64,000 nt of DNA. Origin: Candidatus Magasanikiibacteriota bacterium. Lineage in GTDB: Bacteria; Patescibacteriota; Patescibacteriia; Magasanikbacterales; UBA922. The first letter of the stretch is position 1, and every line of letters begins with the position of its first letter. Below are positions 20,033 to 30,700 of this stretch, in pieces. The notes under the pieces were generated by a model, which saw only the letters and a program-made list of their open reading frames with translations, was not told where the DNA came from and made no database searches. Position numbers and translations under genes: made by a program. The stretch spans positions 45,434 through 109,433 of the forward strand of contig JAKITS010000001.1 of NCBI GenBank assembly GCA_021648085.1, read 5' to 3'.

Positions 20033-20653
20033 ATGTTAGCAATAAGACTACAAAGAAGAGGAAAAAAGAAACAACCGGTTTACCGTGTAATTGTTTCTGA
20101 GAAACACAAAGATACACAAGCTGGAAGTTTGGAAATTTTAGGGCACTACAATCCACTAGTAAAACCAAGTAAAATTGTTTTAAAAGTAGATAGAATAAAA
20201 TATTGGATTTCTGTTGGTGCACAACCTTCAAATACAGTATTCAATCTACTTGTAAAAGAAGGTGTTATAAAAGGTGATAAAAAGAAGTCTGTAACAATTA
20301 CAAATAAAAGACAAGGGAAAATTGATGCTTCAAATACAGAAAAAATTAAAAAAGAAGCTGATGCAAAAGCAAAAGCTTTAGAAGAAAAAGAAGCTAAAAA
20401 AATTGCTGCAGAAACTGAAAAAGCTGAAGCAAAAAAAGTAGAAGCAGAAAAAGCAAAAACTGAGGAAACTCCGAAAGAAGAAGAGATAAAAACAGAAGAA
20501 ATCGAAAAAACTCCTGCTGTTGAGGATAAAGCTGAAACACCTAAAACAGAAGAAGTTATAAAAGAAGAAAAAGTTGAAACTCCAGAAGAAGATGTGAAAA
20601 CAGAAGGAGTTAAAACTGAAACTGTGGATAAAGAAGTCGAAAAGAGTAAGTAA
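20033..20653 (+). CDS. rpsP: 30S ribosomal protein S16 with long K/E/A-rich C-terminal extension
   Basis: 'MLAIRLQRRGKKKQPVYRVIV...GHYNPL' S16 signature. Confidence 0.85.
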   Translation: MLAIRLQRRGKKKQPVYRVIVSEKHKDTQAGSLEILGHYNPLVKPSKIVLKVDRIKYWISVGAQPSNTVFNLLVKEGVIKGDKKKSVTITNKRQGKIDASNTEKIKKEADAKAKALEEKEAKKIAAETEKAEAKKVEAEKAKTEETPKEEEIKTEEIEKTPAVEDKAETPKTEEVIKEEKVETPEEDVKTEGVKTETVDKEVEKSK

Positions 20654-20750
20654 AATTTATAATTGTATTGACCTTCTTTTAAAATAAATGATATAATTTA
20701 GATGTTGTTTAAAAGCATAATCTAATTTAATTAATCCGTAAGTTTAAAAT

Positions 20751-21125
20751 ATGGAAAAAGATCAAGAGTTTGTTGAAATGATTGTAAGAAACATTGTAAA
20801 TAATCCAGAAGATGTTTCTACAACAAGAGAAATTGATGAAAGAGGTGTCCTTATTACACTAACTGTAAATCCTAGTGATATGGGTTATGTGATTGGGCGT
20901 CAAGGAAATACAGCTCGTTCTATTCGTACTTTATTAAAAATTGTTGGAGCAAAAGCAAATGCAATTGTAAACTTAAAGATTAACGAACCAGAAGGCGGTC
21001 GTCCACCAAGAGTTGAGAGGACTAATAGACCCGAAAGAGTCGAATCCCCAAGAGTTGAAGTTCCAAAAGCTCCAGCTGTAGAGGAGGAAATAGATACAAG
21101 TGCTGTAGAAGACTTGAACATCTAA
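20751..21125 (+). CDS. KH-domain RNA-binding protein (YlqC-like, rpsP-linked)
   Basis: 'GYVIGRQGNTARSIRTLLKIVG' KH motif; conserved position after rpsP. Confidence 0.7.
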   Translation: MEKDQEFVEMIVRNIVNNPEDVSTTREIDERGVLITLTVNPSDMGYVIGRQGNTARSIRTLLKIVGAKANAIVNLKINEPEGGRPPRVERTNRPERVESPRVEVPKAPAVEEEIDTSAVEDLNI

Positions 21126-21175
21126 AAAAGAATTAAAAACAAAAACTGCCCAAATTGGCAGTTTTTGTTTTACAC

Positions 21176-21204
21176 TTGACTTTTTTGTATTTTTTATGTA
21201 AAAT
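21176..21204 (+). promoter_or_regulatory. sigma70-like promoter TTGACT-N17-TAAAAT driving tRNA-Val/Ile
   Basis: read in sequence ~20 nt upstream of tRNA-Val. Confidence 0.5.
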
Positions 21205-21223
21205 GTTATAGTATTTGAGTAAA

Positions 21224-21299
21224 GGGTTCGTAGCTCAGTTGGTTAGAGCGCTTGCTCGACATGCAAGAGGTCAGAGGTTCGATTCCTCTCGGACCCACA
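21224..21299 (+). tRNA. tRNA-Val (anticodon GAC)
   Basis: GGGTTCGTAGCTCAGTTGGTTAGAGC...anticodon loop TCGACAT...GGTTCGATTCC. Confidence 0.85.
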
Positions 21300-21324
21300 G
21301 ATATTTTGAAACAGTCCTACAAAA

Positions 21325-21400
21325 GGGCAATTAGCTCAGTTGGTTAGAGCGCAGCACTGATAATGCTGAGGTCCCAGGTTCGATTCCTGGATTGCCCACA
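21325..21400 (+). tRNA. tRNA-Ile (anticodon GAT)
   Basis: GGGCAATTAGCTCAGTTGGTTAGAGC...anticodon loop CTGATAA...GGTTCGATTCC. Confidence 0.85.
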
Positions 21401-21477
21401 AATTTAAAATCATTTTTTATAGATGGTTTTTTTATTTTTTTAATGTATAATATAAAATATTCATTATAATAAAAAAT

Positions 21478-21882
21478 ATGAAAAATAAAAAAATTATTAT
21501 TGCATTTTTTGTAGGTTTGCTAATTGTTTGTGGAGGTATTTATTTGTGGCAAGCACAAAAAAATCCATTAAATTTTAAAAGTGATGATATTGGTAAATAT
21601 GTTTTGGAAATGAATAAATATGAAACAGAAAAGCCTAACAATTTTGAAAGAGCAAAATTTGGCAATGGAAATGATATTGATGTTGGTTCAAGTATAATTT
21701 CTCATAGTGTTTTTGTATTGACTGAGCAAAACTGGGACACTGGAAATATGGAAGATGTAAAAATATTTTATTTGGAAGAACGCGAACCGCCAGCTTGTGC
21801 ACAAGAAGATGTCTGTTTGGACTCAGATAAAACCACTTACTATGGCCCATTCCAAGGGAAAGTATTACAATTACTTCAATAA
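21478..21882 (+). CDS. membrane-anchored hypothetical protein (paralog A; C-terminus YYGPFQGKVLQLLQ)
   Basis: N-terminal TM; shares a ~70-aa domain and identical last 14 aa with 21997..22566. Confidence 0.5.
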   Translation: MKNKKIIIAFFVGLLIVCGGIYLWQAQKNPLNFKSDDIGKYVLEMNKYETEKPNNFERAKFGNGNDIDVGSSIISHSVFVLTEQNWDTGNMEDVKIFYLEEREPPACAQEDVCLDSDKTTYYGPFQGKVLQLLQ

Positions 21883-21996
21883 GATTAATATTTAAATAAA
21901 AAATCGTTTCAAAAAGTGATTTTTTGTGTTATAATAAAAGTATTAATTTACAAAATAATATAATATTCCATATTATATATATAATTATTAAAAAAT

Positions 21997-22566
21997 ATGA
22001 ATGAAGAAATGCAAAATGAAACACATAATATGCAAGATAATTCTAAAAATGTTTGGATTTTAGTGGTATCTATTATATTTACAGCTTTAATTGTTGGGAT
22101 TGGAGTATATTTTTTACAAAGTATAAATATAAAAAATATAGAAAAAAGAATGCAAACACAAAATCAAGAATTACAATCTAAAATAGAGGAAATAAAAGAT
22201 ATATTGGAAACAAAACAGGTTATCATCCAAACAGAAAATAGCGGTGATTTATTACAAAAACAAATAAAAACAACACAGCAAAATTTACCAGAATTTAATA
22301 CTACAGACGAATATGTTCTTATAATGGATGATTATAAAACAAGCAGACCGTCTGGTCTTATTAGGGCAAAATTTGGAAGTGGTGTTGATATTAATATTGG
22401 TTTGGATGGTGTGGCTCATAGCGTTTTTGTTTTGGTCGAACCTGATTGGAATGAAAACGGTAATTTAGATGATACAATGGTGTTTTATTTAGAATTGAAT
22501 GGAGATCCTAACATAGTAAAATATTACGGTCCATTTCAAGGGAAAGTATTGCAACTCCTTCAATAA
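21997..22566 (+). CDS. membrane-anchored hypothetical protein (paralog B)
   Basis: as above; followed by a hairpin + T-run terminator (~22590-22625). Confidence 0.5.
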   Translation: MNEEMQNETHNMQDNSKNVWILVVSIIFTALIVGIGVYFLQSINIKNIEKRMQTQNQELQSKIEEIKDILETKQVIIQTENSGDLLQKQIKTTQQNLPEFNTTDEYVLIMDDYKTSRPSGLIRAKFGSGVDINIGLDGVAHSVFVLVEPDWNENGNLDDTMVFYLELNGDPNIVKYYGPFQGKVLQLLQ

Positions 22567-22709
22567 GATTAATATCTAAACAAAAAAACCACTTTTTAAA
22601 GTGGTTTTTTTGTTTTTTTTAAATCTTCTTTACTTAATTGATTTGTTTTTTTTCTCTTTTTACGCTATAATCCTCTCATAAGTATAAGAAAAAGACTTAA
22701 TTTAAAAAG

Positions 22710-23369
22710 ATGACTAAAAAAAGTGAAAAATTGGAAAAGTCTGAAGTCGAAGAAGACGGTGAAAAAAACGAAGATGAAACCTTAGAAGATGAATTAGATC
22801 TAACACAAGAAAAAAGCATATTTAGGAAAATAGGTAGTTTCTTTTTGGAATTAATAAAAATTGCGCTGTTGGCTGGAATAACTATCGGAGTTGTCCGTTA
22901 TTTCTTGTTTAAACCTTTTTATGTAAAAGGTCAGTCAATGGAGCCAAATTTTCATGAAAGAGATTATCTAATTATAGACGAAATAAGTTATCGTTTTGGG
23001 GAGCCAGAAAGAGGAGAGGTAATAGTTTTTAAAGCTCCGCTAGATAATGAAGATTTTTATCTAAAAAGAATAATTGGTCTTCCTGGAGAGAGGGTAAAAG
23101 TAGAAAATAGTAAAATAATTGTGTATAACAAAGATAATCCTGCCGGCGTTGTAGTAGACGAGAGTTATATAATAGAAGAAACGCCTGGTACATATTCTGT
23201 CACTTTGGCAGAAGATCAGTATTTTGTAATGGGAGACAACAGAGATGAAAGTTTTGACTCAAGGCGTTTTGGACCAATTTCAGAAGATACAATAGTAGGA
23301 AAGGCGTGGGTAAGAGGTTGGCCTTTTAGTAGGGTTTCCTTGTTCAATACCCCAAAATACAATTTTTAA
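22710..23369 (+). CDS. lepB: signal peptidase I
   Basis: 'KGQSMEPNF', 'YFVMGDNRDESFDSRRFGPI'. Confidence 0.85.
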   Translation: MTKKSEKLEKSEVEEDGEKNEDETLEDELDLTQEKSIFRKIGSFFLELIKIALLAGITIGVVRYFLFKPFYVKGQSMEPNFHERDYLIIDEISYRFGEPERGEVIVFKAPLDNEDFYLKRIIGLPGERVKVENSKIIVYNKDNPAGVVVDESYIIEETPGTYSVTLAEDQYFVMGDNRDESFDSRRFGPISEDTIVGKAWVRGWPFSRVSLFNTPKYNF

Positions 23370-23391
23370 AAAAATAATCGAATAAAATAAT

Positions 23392-24786
23392 ATGGTACAG
23401 AAAAGTAAGCAAACAAAAAAACCAGCTCCAAAAAAAGCAGTAAAATCTACAACAAAAAAAGCTGTAGAAGAGATGGAAGTAAAAAAGATTCCCACTTTTT
23501 CTAGGGTAAAAGGAATGAGAGATATTCTACCTCAAGATGATAATATTTGGAAAAAAATGAGAAGTAAGAGGGCGGAAATGGTAAAAGCTTATGGATATTC
23601 TTACATAGAGACACCATTGTTAGAGAGTGCAAATCTTTTTGTTCGTTCTGTGGGAAAAGGAACTGACATTGTAGAAAAGGAAATGTATGTTTTTGATGGT
23701 GTTGATAGTTTTGGTAAGACTGCTTTACGCCCAGAAGCTACAGCCTCTGTAGTGCGTGCGTATATTGAAAATGGACTTCATACACTAACTCAACCTGTGA
23801 AAGTTTGGTACGAGGGACCAATGTTTAGAAGGGAGAAACCTCAAGCGAATAGATATCGTGAATTTCATCAGTTTGGTTGTGAAGTGATAGGAGACAATCA
23901 CAATCCAGCAATGGATGCAGAGATTATCTCTGTTGCTTACAATTTTATAAAAGATTTAGGAATAGATGTAAGTATTCATTTAAATAGTATTGGTACTTTG
24001 AATGACAGAGAGAGATATTTAGTAGAATTGGTTAGTTATTTGCGTTCAAAGCGTAGTTATCTTTGTGTCGATTGTAAACGCAGAATAAATAAAAATCCAC
24101 TTAGAGTTTTGGATTGCAAAATGAAAGGTTGTAAAAGTGTAATAGAAGAAGCACCACATATTGTAGATTGGCTTGGTGATAAGTCAAAAGAGTTTTTTAT
24201 GTCTGTTTTGGAGTATCTAGATGAGCTAGGCTTACCTTACAAGTTAGATTATAAACTTGTTCGTGGACTAGATTATTACACAGATACTGTTTTTGAGCTT
24301 TTTCCTGTTGAAAACGACAAAGAAGACAATGGTTCACAAAGTGCTCTTGCGGCTGGTGGTAGGTATGACAAATTAGTGGAACATTTAGGAGGGCAACCTG
24401 CTACAGCTTGTGGTTTTGGGATAGGGTTGGAAAGAGTTGCAAACAAATTGAAAGAAAAAATAAAAAACGGCGAAGCTGAAGAGGAGAGTGAAATTAAAAT
24501 ATTTTTTGCACAACTTGGAATTCAGGCAAAAAGAAGGGCACTAGGAATTATAAAAGAGTTGAGAAAAGATGGGATTTTTGTTGGGCACAATCTAGCTAAA
24601 TCTGCACTAAAAGCTCAATTAGAAATAGCAGATAAAATGCAAACTCCTTATACTCTTATTTTGGGTCAAAGAGAGGTGCAAGATTCTACTATTATAATTA
24701 GAGATATGGAATCTGGAATTCAAGAAATTATAGATCAGAAAAAGTTAAAAACAAGACTAAAAAGAATACTTAGTCAGTTGGTTTAA
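23392..24786 (+). CDS. hisS: histidine--tRNA ligase with K-rich N-terminal extension and Cys-rich insertion
   Basis: 'RGMRDILPQD', 'LRPEATASVVRAY', 'YYTDTVFE', 'GGRYD'. Confidence 0.85.
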   Translation: MVQKSKQTKKPAPKKAVKSTTKKAVEEMEVKKIPTFSRVKGMRDILPQDDNIWKKMRSKRAEMVKAYGYSYIETPLLESANLFVRSVGKGTDIVEKEMYVFDGVDSFGKTALRPEATASVVRAYIENGLHTLTQPVKVWYEGPMFRREKPQANRYREFHQFGCEVIGDNHNPAMDAEIISVAYNFIKDLGIDVSIHLNSIGTLNDRERYLVELVSYLRSKRSYLCVDCKRRINKNPLRVLDCKMKGCKSVIEEAPHIVDWLGDKSKEFFMSVLEYLDELGLPYKLDYKLVRGLDYYTDTVFELFPVENDKEDNGSQSALAAGGRYDKLVEHLGGQPATACGFGIGLERVANKLKEKIKNGEAEEESEIKIFFAQLGIQAKRRALGIIKELRKDGIFVGHNLAKSALKAQLEIADKMQTPYTLILGQREVQDSTIIIRDMESGIQEIIDQKKLKTRLKRILSQLV

Positions 24787-25001
24787 TTGGTTATTTTATG
24801 TTTTTTTAGTCAACCTGTGGAAAAAGTCTAAAAATAGGTTGACTTATTAGTATTTTTTGTATATAATTTAGATAGGTTAATTCTATAATAAATTGTATTA
24901 TTTTAGAGTTGGTCTAAGGGTGTGTACTGTGTCTGTGAAAAAGATGTTGTATTCATTCTAAAAATAACTTAAATTTAACCCAATACGGGAGGTGAATTAA
25001 T

Positions 25002-25247
25002 CTGTCAGAAATTAAAAGAAGAAAAAGTGAATCATTTGAGGCATTTATGCGTCGTGTGAAGAGAAACTGGAAACAGTCAGGTAAACTTTTGCAGGCGAGG
25101 AAGGTAAAATATTTTGACCCTAAAAAAAGTAAAAATCTTAAGAAAAATCAGGCTGTAAAAAAAGCACACAAAGCAGACAAAATAACCTATTTGCGTAAAA
25201 TAGGTAGAATGCCAGAAGAAGAGAGTTTTAGAAAAAGAAGAAGGTAG
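25002..25247 (+). CDS. rpsU: 30S ribosomal protein S21, probable non-ATG (CTG/ATT) start
   Basis: GGGAGGTGA RBS at ~24987-24995; in-frame upstream extension 'LSEIKRRKSESFEAFMRRVKRNWKQSGKLL..' matches S21 N-terminus; followed by yqeY as in many bacteria. Confidence 0.6.
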   Translation: MSEIKRRKSESFEAFMRRVKRNWKQSGKLLQARKVKYFDPKKSKNLKKNQAVKKAHKADKITYLRKIGRMPEEESFRKRRR

Positions 25248-25254
25248 AATTATT

Positions 25255-25701
25255 ATGTCTTTAAGAGAACAAATAATAGAATCACAAAAAACAGCAATGT
25301 TGGAGCGCAATAAGGTACTACTTAGTACATTGCGTAATTTGTGGTCTGCGATAAAGAATGAAGAAATAGAAAAAAAGCGCAATCTAACTGATGAAGAAGT
25401 CCAAGCTGCTGCAAAGCGTCTTGTAAAACAATCTCAGGATGCATTACAAGATTTCAGAAAAGCTGGTAGGGAAGATCTGTCAGAAAATGCTGAAATAGAA
25501 ATAGAATTACTTAAAAAGTATTTACCAGAACATTTGAGCAAAGAAGAGGTTGAAAAAATAGTAGATAAGGTTGTAAGTGAAAACAGTGATAGTGATCTAA
25601 ACTTCGGAGTTTTGATGGGGGTGGTAATGCAACATGTAAAAGGAAAAGCAGACGGCGCACTTGTGCGTCAGTTGGTTGACAAACGCTTGAAGTCTAAATA
25701 A
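25255..25701 (+). CDS. yqeY: GatB/YqeY-domain protein
   Basis: 148 aa, typical YqeY length and composition; conserved rpsU-yqeY linkage. Confidence 0.75.
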   Translation: MSLREQIIESQKTAMLERNKVLLSTLRNLWSAIKNEEIEKKRNLTDEEVQAAAKRLVKQSQDALQDFRKAGREDLSENAEIEIELLKKYLPEHLSKEEVEKIVDKVVSENSDSDLNFGVLMGVVMQHVKGKADGALVRQLVDKRLKSK

Positions 25702-25707
25702 ATTCAA

Positions 25708-25762
25708 AATGGGGTTGTTTTCAAACATTGTTTCGTTGAAATAGTATTTGAAAACAACCCCA
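25708..25762. terminator. long perfect hairpin (17-bp stem atggggttgttttcaaa / tttgaaaacaaccccat, 21-nt loop)
   Basis: read in sequence between yqeY and the pilin-like surface protein gene. Confidence 0.5.
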
Positions 25763-25787
25763 TAGTAAAAATCTAAAATAATTTCCC

Positions 25788-27791
25788 ATGCTTGTCTGGA
25801 TGAGAAACAAAAAATTAGTCAAAAAAGCTACTGCAGTCTTTTATATTATGATTGCAGTGGTTTTTTTGTTTTCAATTTTTTCTTTTAGTGGTACCACAGA
25901 AGTTTACGCGCAAGGTGATACTTTTGGATTGGAGAGTGTTGACAGTGTCACAGAGCTTGCAACACAAGATATTCGCATAACAATTGCTAAAATAATACGT
26001 GTATTTTTAGGACTTTTGGGTATTATTGCTTTGAGTATTATTATTTACGGGGGTTTTACTATTATGACCTCTGCCGGCAACGAGGAAAAAGTTGCAACTG
26101 GAAAGAAAATACTTGTAAACGCTGTTATTGGGTTGGTTATTATCTTATCTTCGTTTGCTATTACTCAGTTTGTATTATCTTCACTCCAAAAAGCTACAGG
26201 AGGATTGGCAGGGCTTGGTGGAACAGCAAGAGCGCCAGGTATTCAAGTGTTTGCAGGTAGTGGATCTTTTGGAAAAATTATATCAGATCATTTTCCAGAT
26301 AGAGATCAAAGAGATGTAAGTAGAAATACAAAAATTTCTGTCACTTTCAATGAATCTATAGACCCTTCAAGCATTGCGATAGACTCAAATGGAAATGGGG
26401 TTTTTGGAGATTGTGTGACACCAGATTTAGCAGTTTTTGACTGGAATACTCAGTGCGATGTTTTAAATAAAGATGCTGTAAAGATTTATTCTAACGACGA
26501 CGCGGATTCTCTCATAGATTCTGCGGTAATAGTCACAGAAACAGATGGAAATATTCTTACTTTTACAATAAAACCTCTTGAATTATTAGGAAATCCAAAT
26601 GAAAATGTATGGTATACAGTAGATCTTACAGAAAAAATACTTAAAATAGATACAGGAACAAGTGTGTTTGATAATGACAGAGATGGGCATTATTTTTGGG
26701 AGTTTGAGGTGGGGACACTTTTAGATTTTGATCCGCCAAAAGTAACATCTGTTTTTCCTACTATGAATTTGGATGTTTCTAGAAATACAATTTTACAAAT
26801 AAACTTCAACGAGCCAATGGATCCCACATCTTTACAAGGTATTTCAGGTTCTGGTTTTACAAATATTATTTTTGGAGATACTGCTGTTTCTGGAGAATGG
26901 AGAATTACAAATGGTTACAAAACAGTAGAATTTGTGTCAACCGAAGCTTGTGGACAAAATAGCTGTGGAGATGTTATGTACTGTCTTCCTGTAGAATGTC
27001 CTGACACAGATTTAAATTGTACAGTTCCTTATGAAGTTTTGGTTCGAACTGCGGAGTTAATTTCAGAGAAAAATTCCGAGGCTATTCCTTTTACGGGTGT
27101 TATGGATATATCTGGAAATGCATTAGATGGTAATGCTGATGGTGTTTCAGACGGAAAACCAGTAATAGAAAATCCTATAATTTTGGATATTTCAGAAAAA
27201 GTACCCGATAATTATTTTTGGGAATTTGGTGTAATAAATGAAATAGACAGAACATCTCCATATATAGAAAATATTTTTCCAGGAATTGACCAGGAAAATG
27301 TAAGAGGGTCAGAGCCAATTGAAGTTGGTTTCAGTATGATTATGTGGTCATCATCTTTAAAACAGGCTGAAATACAGGAGTATCCAGCAAACGAGGGTGG
27401 AATGGCGGATATTTGGTTTAATATAGGGTCTAAGGTTGTGGCAGATTCAAATGGAATTCAAAAAACAAATATGATTATAAAACATAGAGAGTTTGGACCA
27501 AACGGTTTACCGCTTCATTATTTCTCGTCTGTTTCCAGTGATATTAAAAGTATAAACCAAAATTGTGTTTATCCTGGAAAAGGACCGAGTGGAGATAAAA
27601 ACACCTCACCAACTTGTGTTTACAAAGAAGATAAAGATGGTAATGTGGTAGAAGATTCAAATTGTACACCTGTAAATTTACAAGCTGATACAGACACCGG
27701 ATGTGTGCAAACTGCAGATCCAGAAGGGCTTACACAGCCAAACTTAGATGATTGTATTTCATTTTTAGAAAGTGTTAGTCAAATAGATTAA
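25788..27791 (+). CDS. surface protein with VirB2/TrbC-pilin-like N-terminal membrane domain and Ig-like/Cys-containing extracellular region (667 aa)
   Basis: signal peptide, 'DTFGLE..VTELATQDIRITIAKIIR', two hydrophobic helices separated by 'TSAGNEEK'; first ~125 aa ~60% identical to start of next gene. Confidence 0.5.
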   Translation: MLVWMRNKKLVKKATAVFYIMIAVVFLFSIFSFSGTTEVYAQGDTFGLESVDSVTELATQDIRITIAKIIRVFLGLLGIIALSIIIYGGFTIMTSAGNEEKVATGKKILVNAVIGLVIILSSFAITQFVLSSLQKATGGLAGLGGTARAPGIQVFAGSGSFGKIISDHFPDRDQRDVSRNTKISVTFNESIDPSSIAIDSNGNGVFGDCVTPDLAVFDWNTQCDVLNKDAVKIYSNDDADSLIDSAVIVTETDGNILTFTIKPLELLGNPNENVWYTVDLTEKILKIDTGTSVFDNDRDGHYFWEFEVGTLLDFDPPKVTSVFPTMNLDVSRNTILQINFNEPMDPTSLQGISGSGFTNIIFGDTAVSGEWRITNGYKTVEFVSTEACGQNSCGDVMYCLPVECPDTDLNCTVPYEVLVRTAELISEKNSEAIPFTGVMDISGNALDGNADGVSDGKPVIENPIILDISEKVPDNYFWEFGVINEIDRTSPYIENIFPGIDQENVRGSEPIEVGFSMIMWSSSLKQAEIQEYPANEGGMADIWFNIGSKVVADSNGIQKTNMIIKHREFGPNGLPLHYFSSVSSDIKSINQNCVYPGKGPSGDKNTSPTCVYKEDKDGNVVEDSNCTPVNLQADTDTGCVQTADPEGLTQPNLDDCISFLESVSQID

Positions 27792-27793
27792 TT

Positions 27794-30700
27794 ATGAGAT
27801 TGTTTAAGTCAAAATTTTTCCTATCAATATTTTTTACACTAGTTGTAGTTTCTTTATTTTTTGTTTCGGATATAACTGCTGTTTTTGCACAGCAGGCAGA
27901 TACTTTTGGTTTGGTGGAGGTCGGTCAAGTTACCGAGCTTGGAACGCAAGATATTCGTGTTACAATTGCAAAAATAATAAGAACACTCTTAGGTTTGTTG
28001 GGTGTTTTGGCTGTGTCTATTGTTTTATACGGAGGTTTTGTATATATGACTGCTGGCGGAAGTGAAGATAAACTTGGGCAGGCAAAGAAAATAATTATAA
28101 ATGGGGTTATTGGTTTGGTGATAGTTATGTCTTCTTTTGCAATTACACAGTTTGTCTTGTCGAGCCTTTCAGATGCAACAGGCTCGGGTAGTGTTGGGCT
28201 GTCTTCAAATAATTGTTCAAATACAGAATATGCTATAAACCATCCAAGTGAATGTTTTTCAAATTCAAATTCAGCTTGCACAAAATTTCCATCTTTTTGT
28301 AATTCAGCAGACTTCTTTTTTGTAAAAAGCATAACACCTTCTACACCAAACGGAGCAACAGGAATGAATAATATTGTTATAAGAGCAGTATTTAGTAAAT
28401 CTTTAGCATCAAATACAAATGTAGATTCTATATTTTCAGTTGAAAAAGATGGTATTTCTCAGCCTTTATCTATAAAACTTTCTCAATCTAGACAGGTGGT
28501 GGAGGCAACATTTAGAGCTACCACACCTTTGTGCGATGGGACTGTTCCACCAAATGAAACTTGTTTAGAGTTGGGTGATTTTACTATAAAAATTAATCCA
28601 GATATAAAAGACACAACAGGTAGAGAATTAACAAAAAATATAAATGGGCAGGAGTACCCTGTTTCAGCAGATTTTTCTGTGGATGTTGAGAACATAGACC
28701 ACACAAGACCAACTGTCACAAGTATGACAATAGATGGTTCAAATGCAGAAAATCAAAATATTACAATTGGAGATGCACATTCACTTAGAGTTGCAATGAT
28801 AGATAATACTGGAATTGGTTTTGTAAATATAAACATAAAAAATATAGACACAGGAAAAGTTATAGTAGAGTCTTTTGAGGGTCCAAATCCACTGGACGGA
28901 TCTTCTGGGGAATTTGTTATAGATTATCCTATTATATTGGGGGCTGATATAAATTCACTAGATAGATTTGATGTTTCTGTCACAATTTACGATATAGATC
29001 ATAATAGTAGTGTAAGTATTTTAAGCTTTATAGCTCTAGCAGAGAGCTGTACTAATGGTGTTCAAGATGGAGATGAAACAGGTGTTGATACTGGTGGTTC
29101 TTGCTCACTTTCTTCTGGTAGTTTTTGTGATGAAGATTGGCAGTGTGCCTCTCAAAAATGTGTAAACAACGAGTGTGTTGCTTGGCCAATGATTACAGAT
29201 ATTGATGCTTGGGATGGTGGATCTGGAAACTGGATTACAATTGCAGGACAGTTTTTTGGAGATAAGGAAGGTCTTGTTGAGTTTGGTACAGATTCCAATG
29301 GGGATGGCGAGATAAACGACTTAGATGTGTGGGTTAAAGCCGGTATTGCTATTTGTAGGAGTTTAACTACATGGAAAAACGATTGGATTGTAGTCCAGGT
29401 CCCAGATGATTCAGTTTTGCCAATAGGTTCAGAAAGTGCAATTCGTATTACTCTTGGAGACGGTACAGGGCTTAGTGATTCTACTGTCGATAGTCATGGT
29501 TCCATATCTGGACCAAACAATGGTTTGTTTACAAAAAACGAAATAAAAAGACCTAGTATTTGTGCCGTTGAATCTGTTTTGGGTTCTAATTCAGCAAAAC
29601 CAGATGCTGGTTTTGCTGTAATAGGAAAAAACTTCACAGACGATAAAACTGGAAATAAATTTGAGTTTGGTGGTGTAGAATTACCAACATTAATATGGGG
29701 AGATTTGGAAATTACAAGTAAAATACCGCTAAATACAAATGCTGGTAAGGTCTCTGTTCAGGTTGAGGTTGGTGGAGAAAGAAGTAATACAGTTCCTTTT
29801 ACTGTTTTGCCAATTGATAAAAATTTAATACCTTCAATTTCACTTGTAAACCCAGAAAATATAACAGTAGGAAGTTTTGTTACGCTTTCTGGAACTGGTT
29901 TTGGTGAAACAACAGGAATTGTTTATATATCTCCAAATTCTGGTGCTACTTGTACAGATATTTTGGCAGAAGGTTGTATTCAGGTGGAAGTTTCTTTACC
30001 AAATTTTTGTGGAGATACTTGGAGCTCTAATCAGGTTATTATAAAAATTCCAGATAACACACAATTTGGTGTGTACTATTTGGTTTTACAAAATGATTTT
30101 GGACTTCGTACAGATGGATCAGCTTTTGTTTCTGTTGTTGAGGGAGACCCTAGTCCTAGCATTTGTAAGATGATTCCACAGGCCGGGCCAGCACCACTGC
30201 CTGTTGGACATCAGGGTTTAGAATTTTTTGGGATTAACTTTTCTACAGACCCAACAGTATATTTTTGGTCTAAAACCGCAACAGAAGACGATCTTAATAC
30301 TTGGTTGAACGCAACAGGGAATGATGTAAATCAAATAGATCCGGATACTCATATTGTGAGTTATATCCCGAGTACGATAGAAGGATATTCAATGAAAACA
30401 GGTCCAATTGCCATCAGCTCTATCGATGGTGTTGTTAGTAATGCTGTAAATTACGAGGTTTCAGATTGTCGTGATGTTGGTGCTCCTGTTGGGTATCAGT
30501 GTTGTTCTGTTGGGCCAGACGCTGGAACAATAAAACCAAATGAATTTATTTGTGCAGGAGAGACAAGAGATGCTGGCTATGCTTGGAGATTTACGAGTGG
30601 TCTCCTGCCAAATATACCTTTTGTGGTCGAACAGTGCCCAGAATCAAGCGGTTCCGGAGTACCATCTCCAAGTCCCTGGATAAATAGAAAGCAGGGAGCA

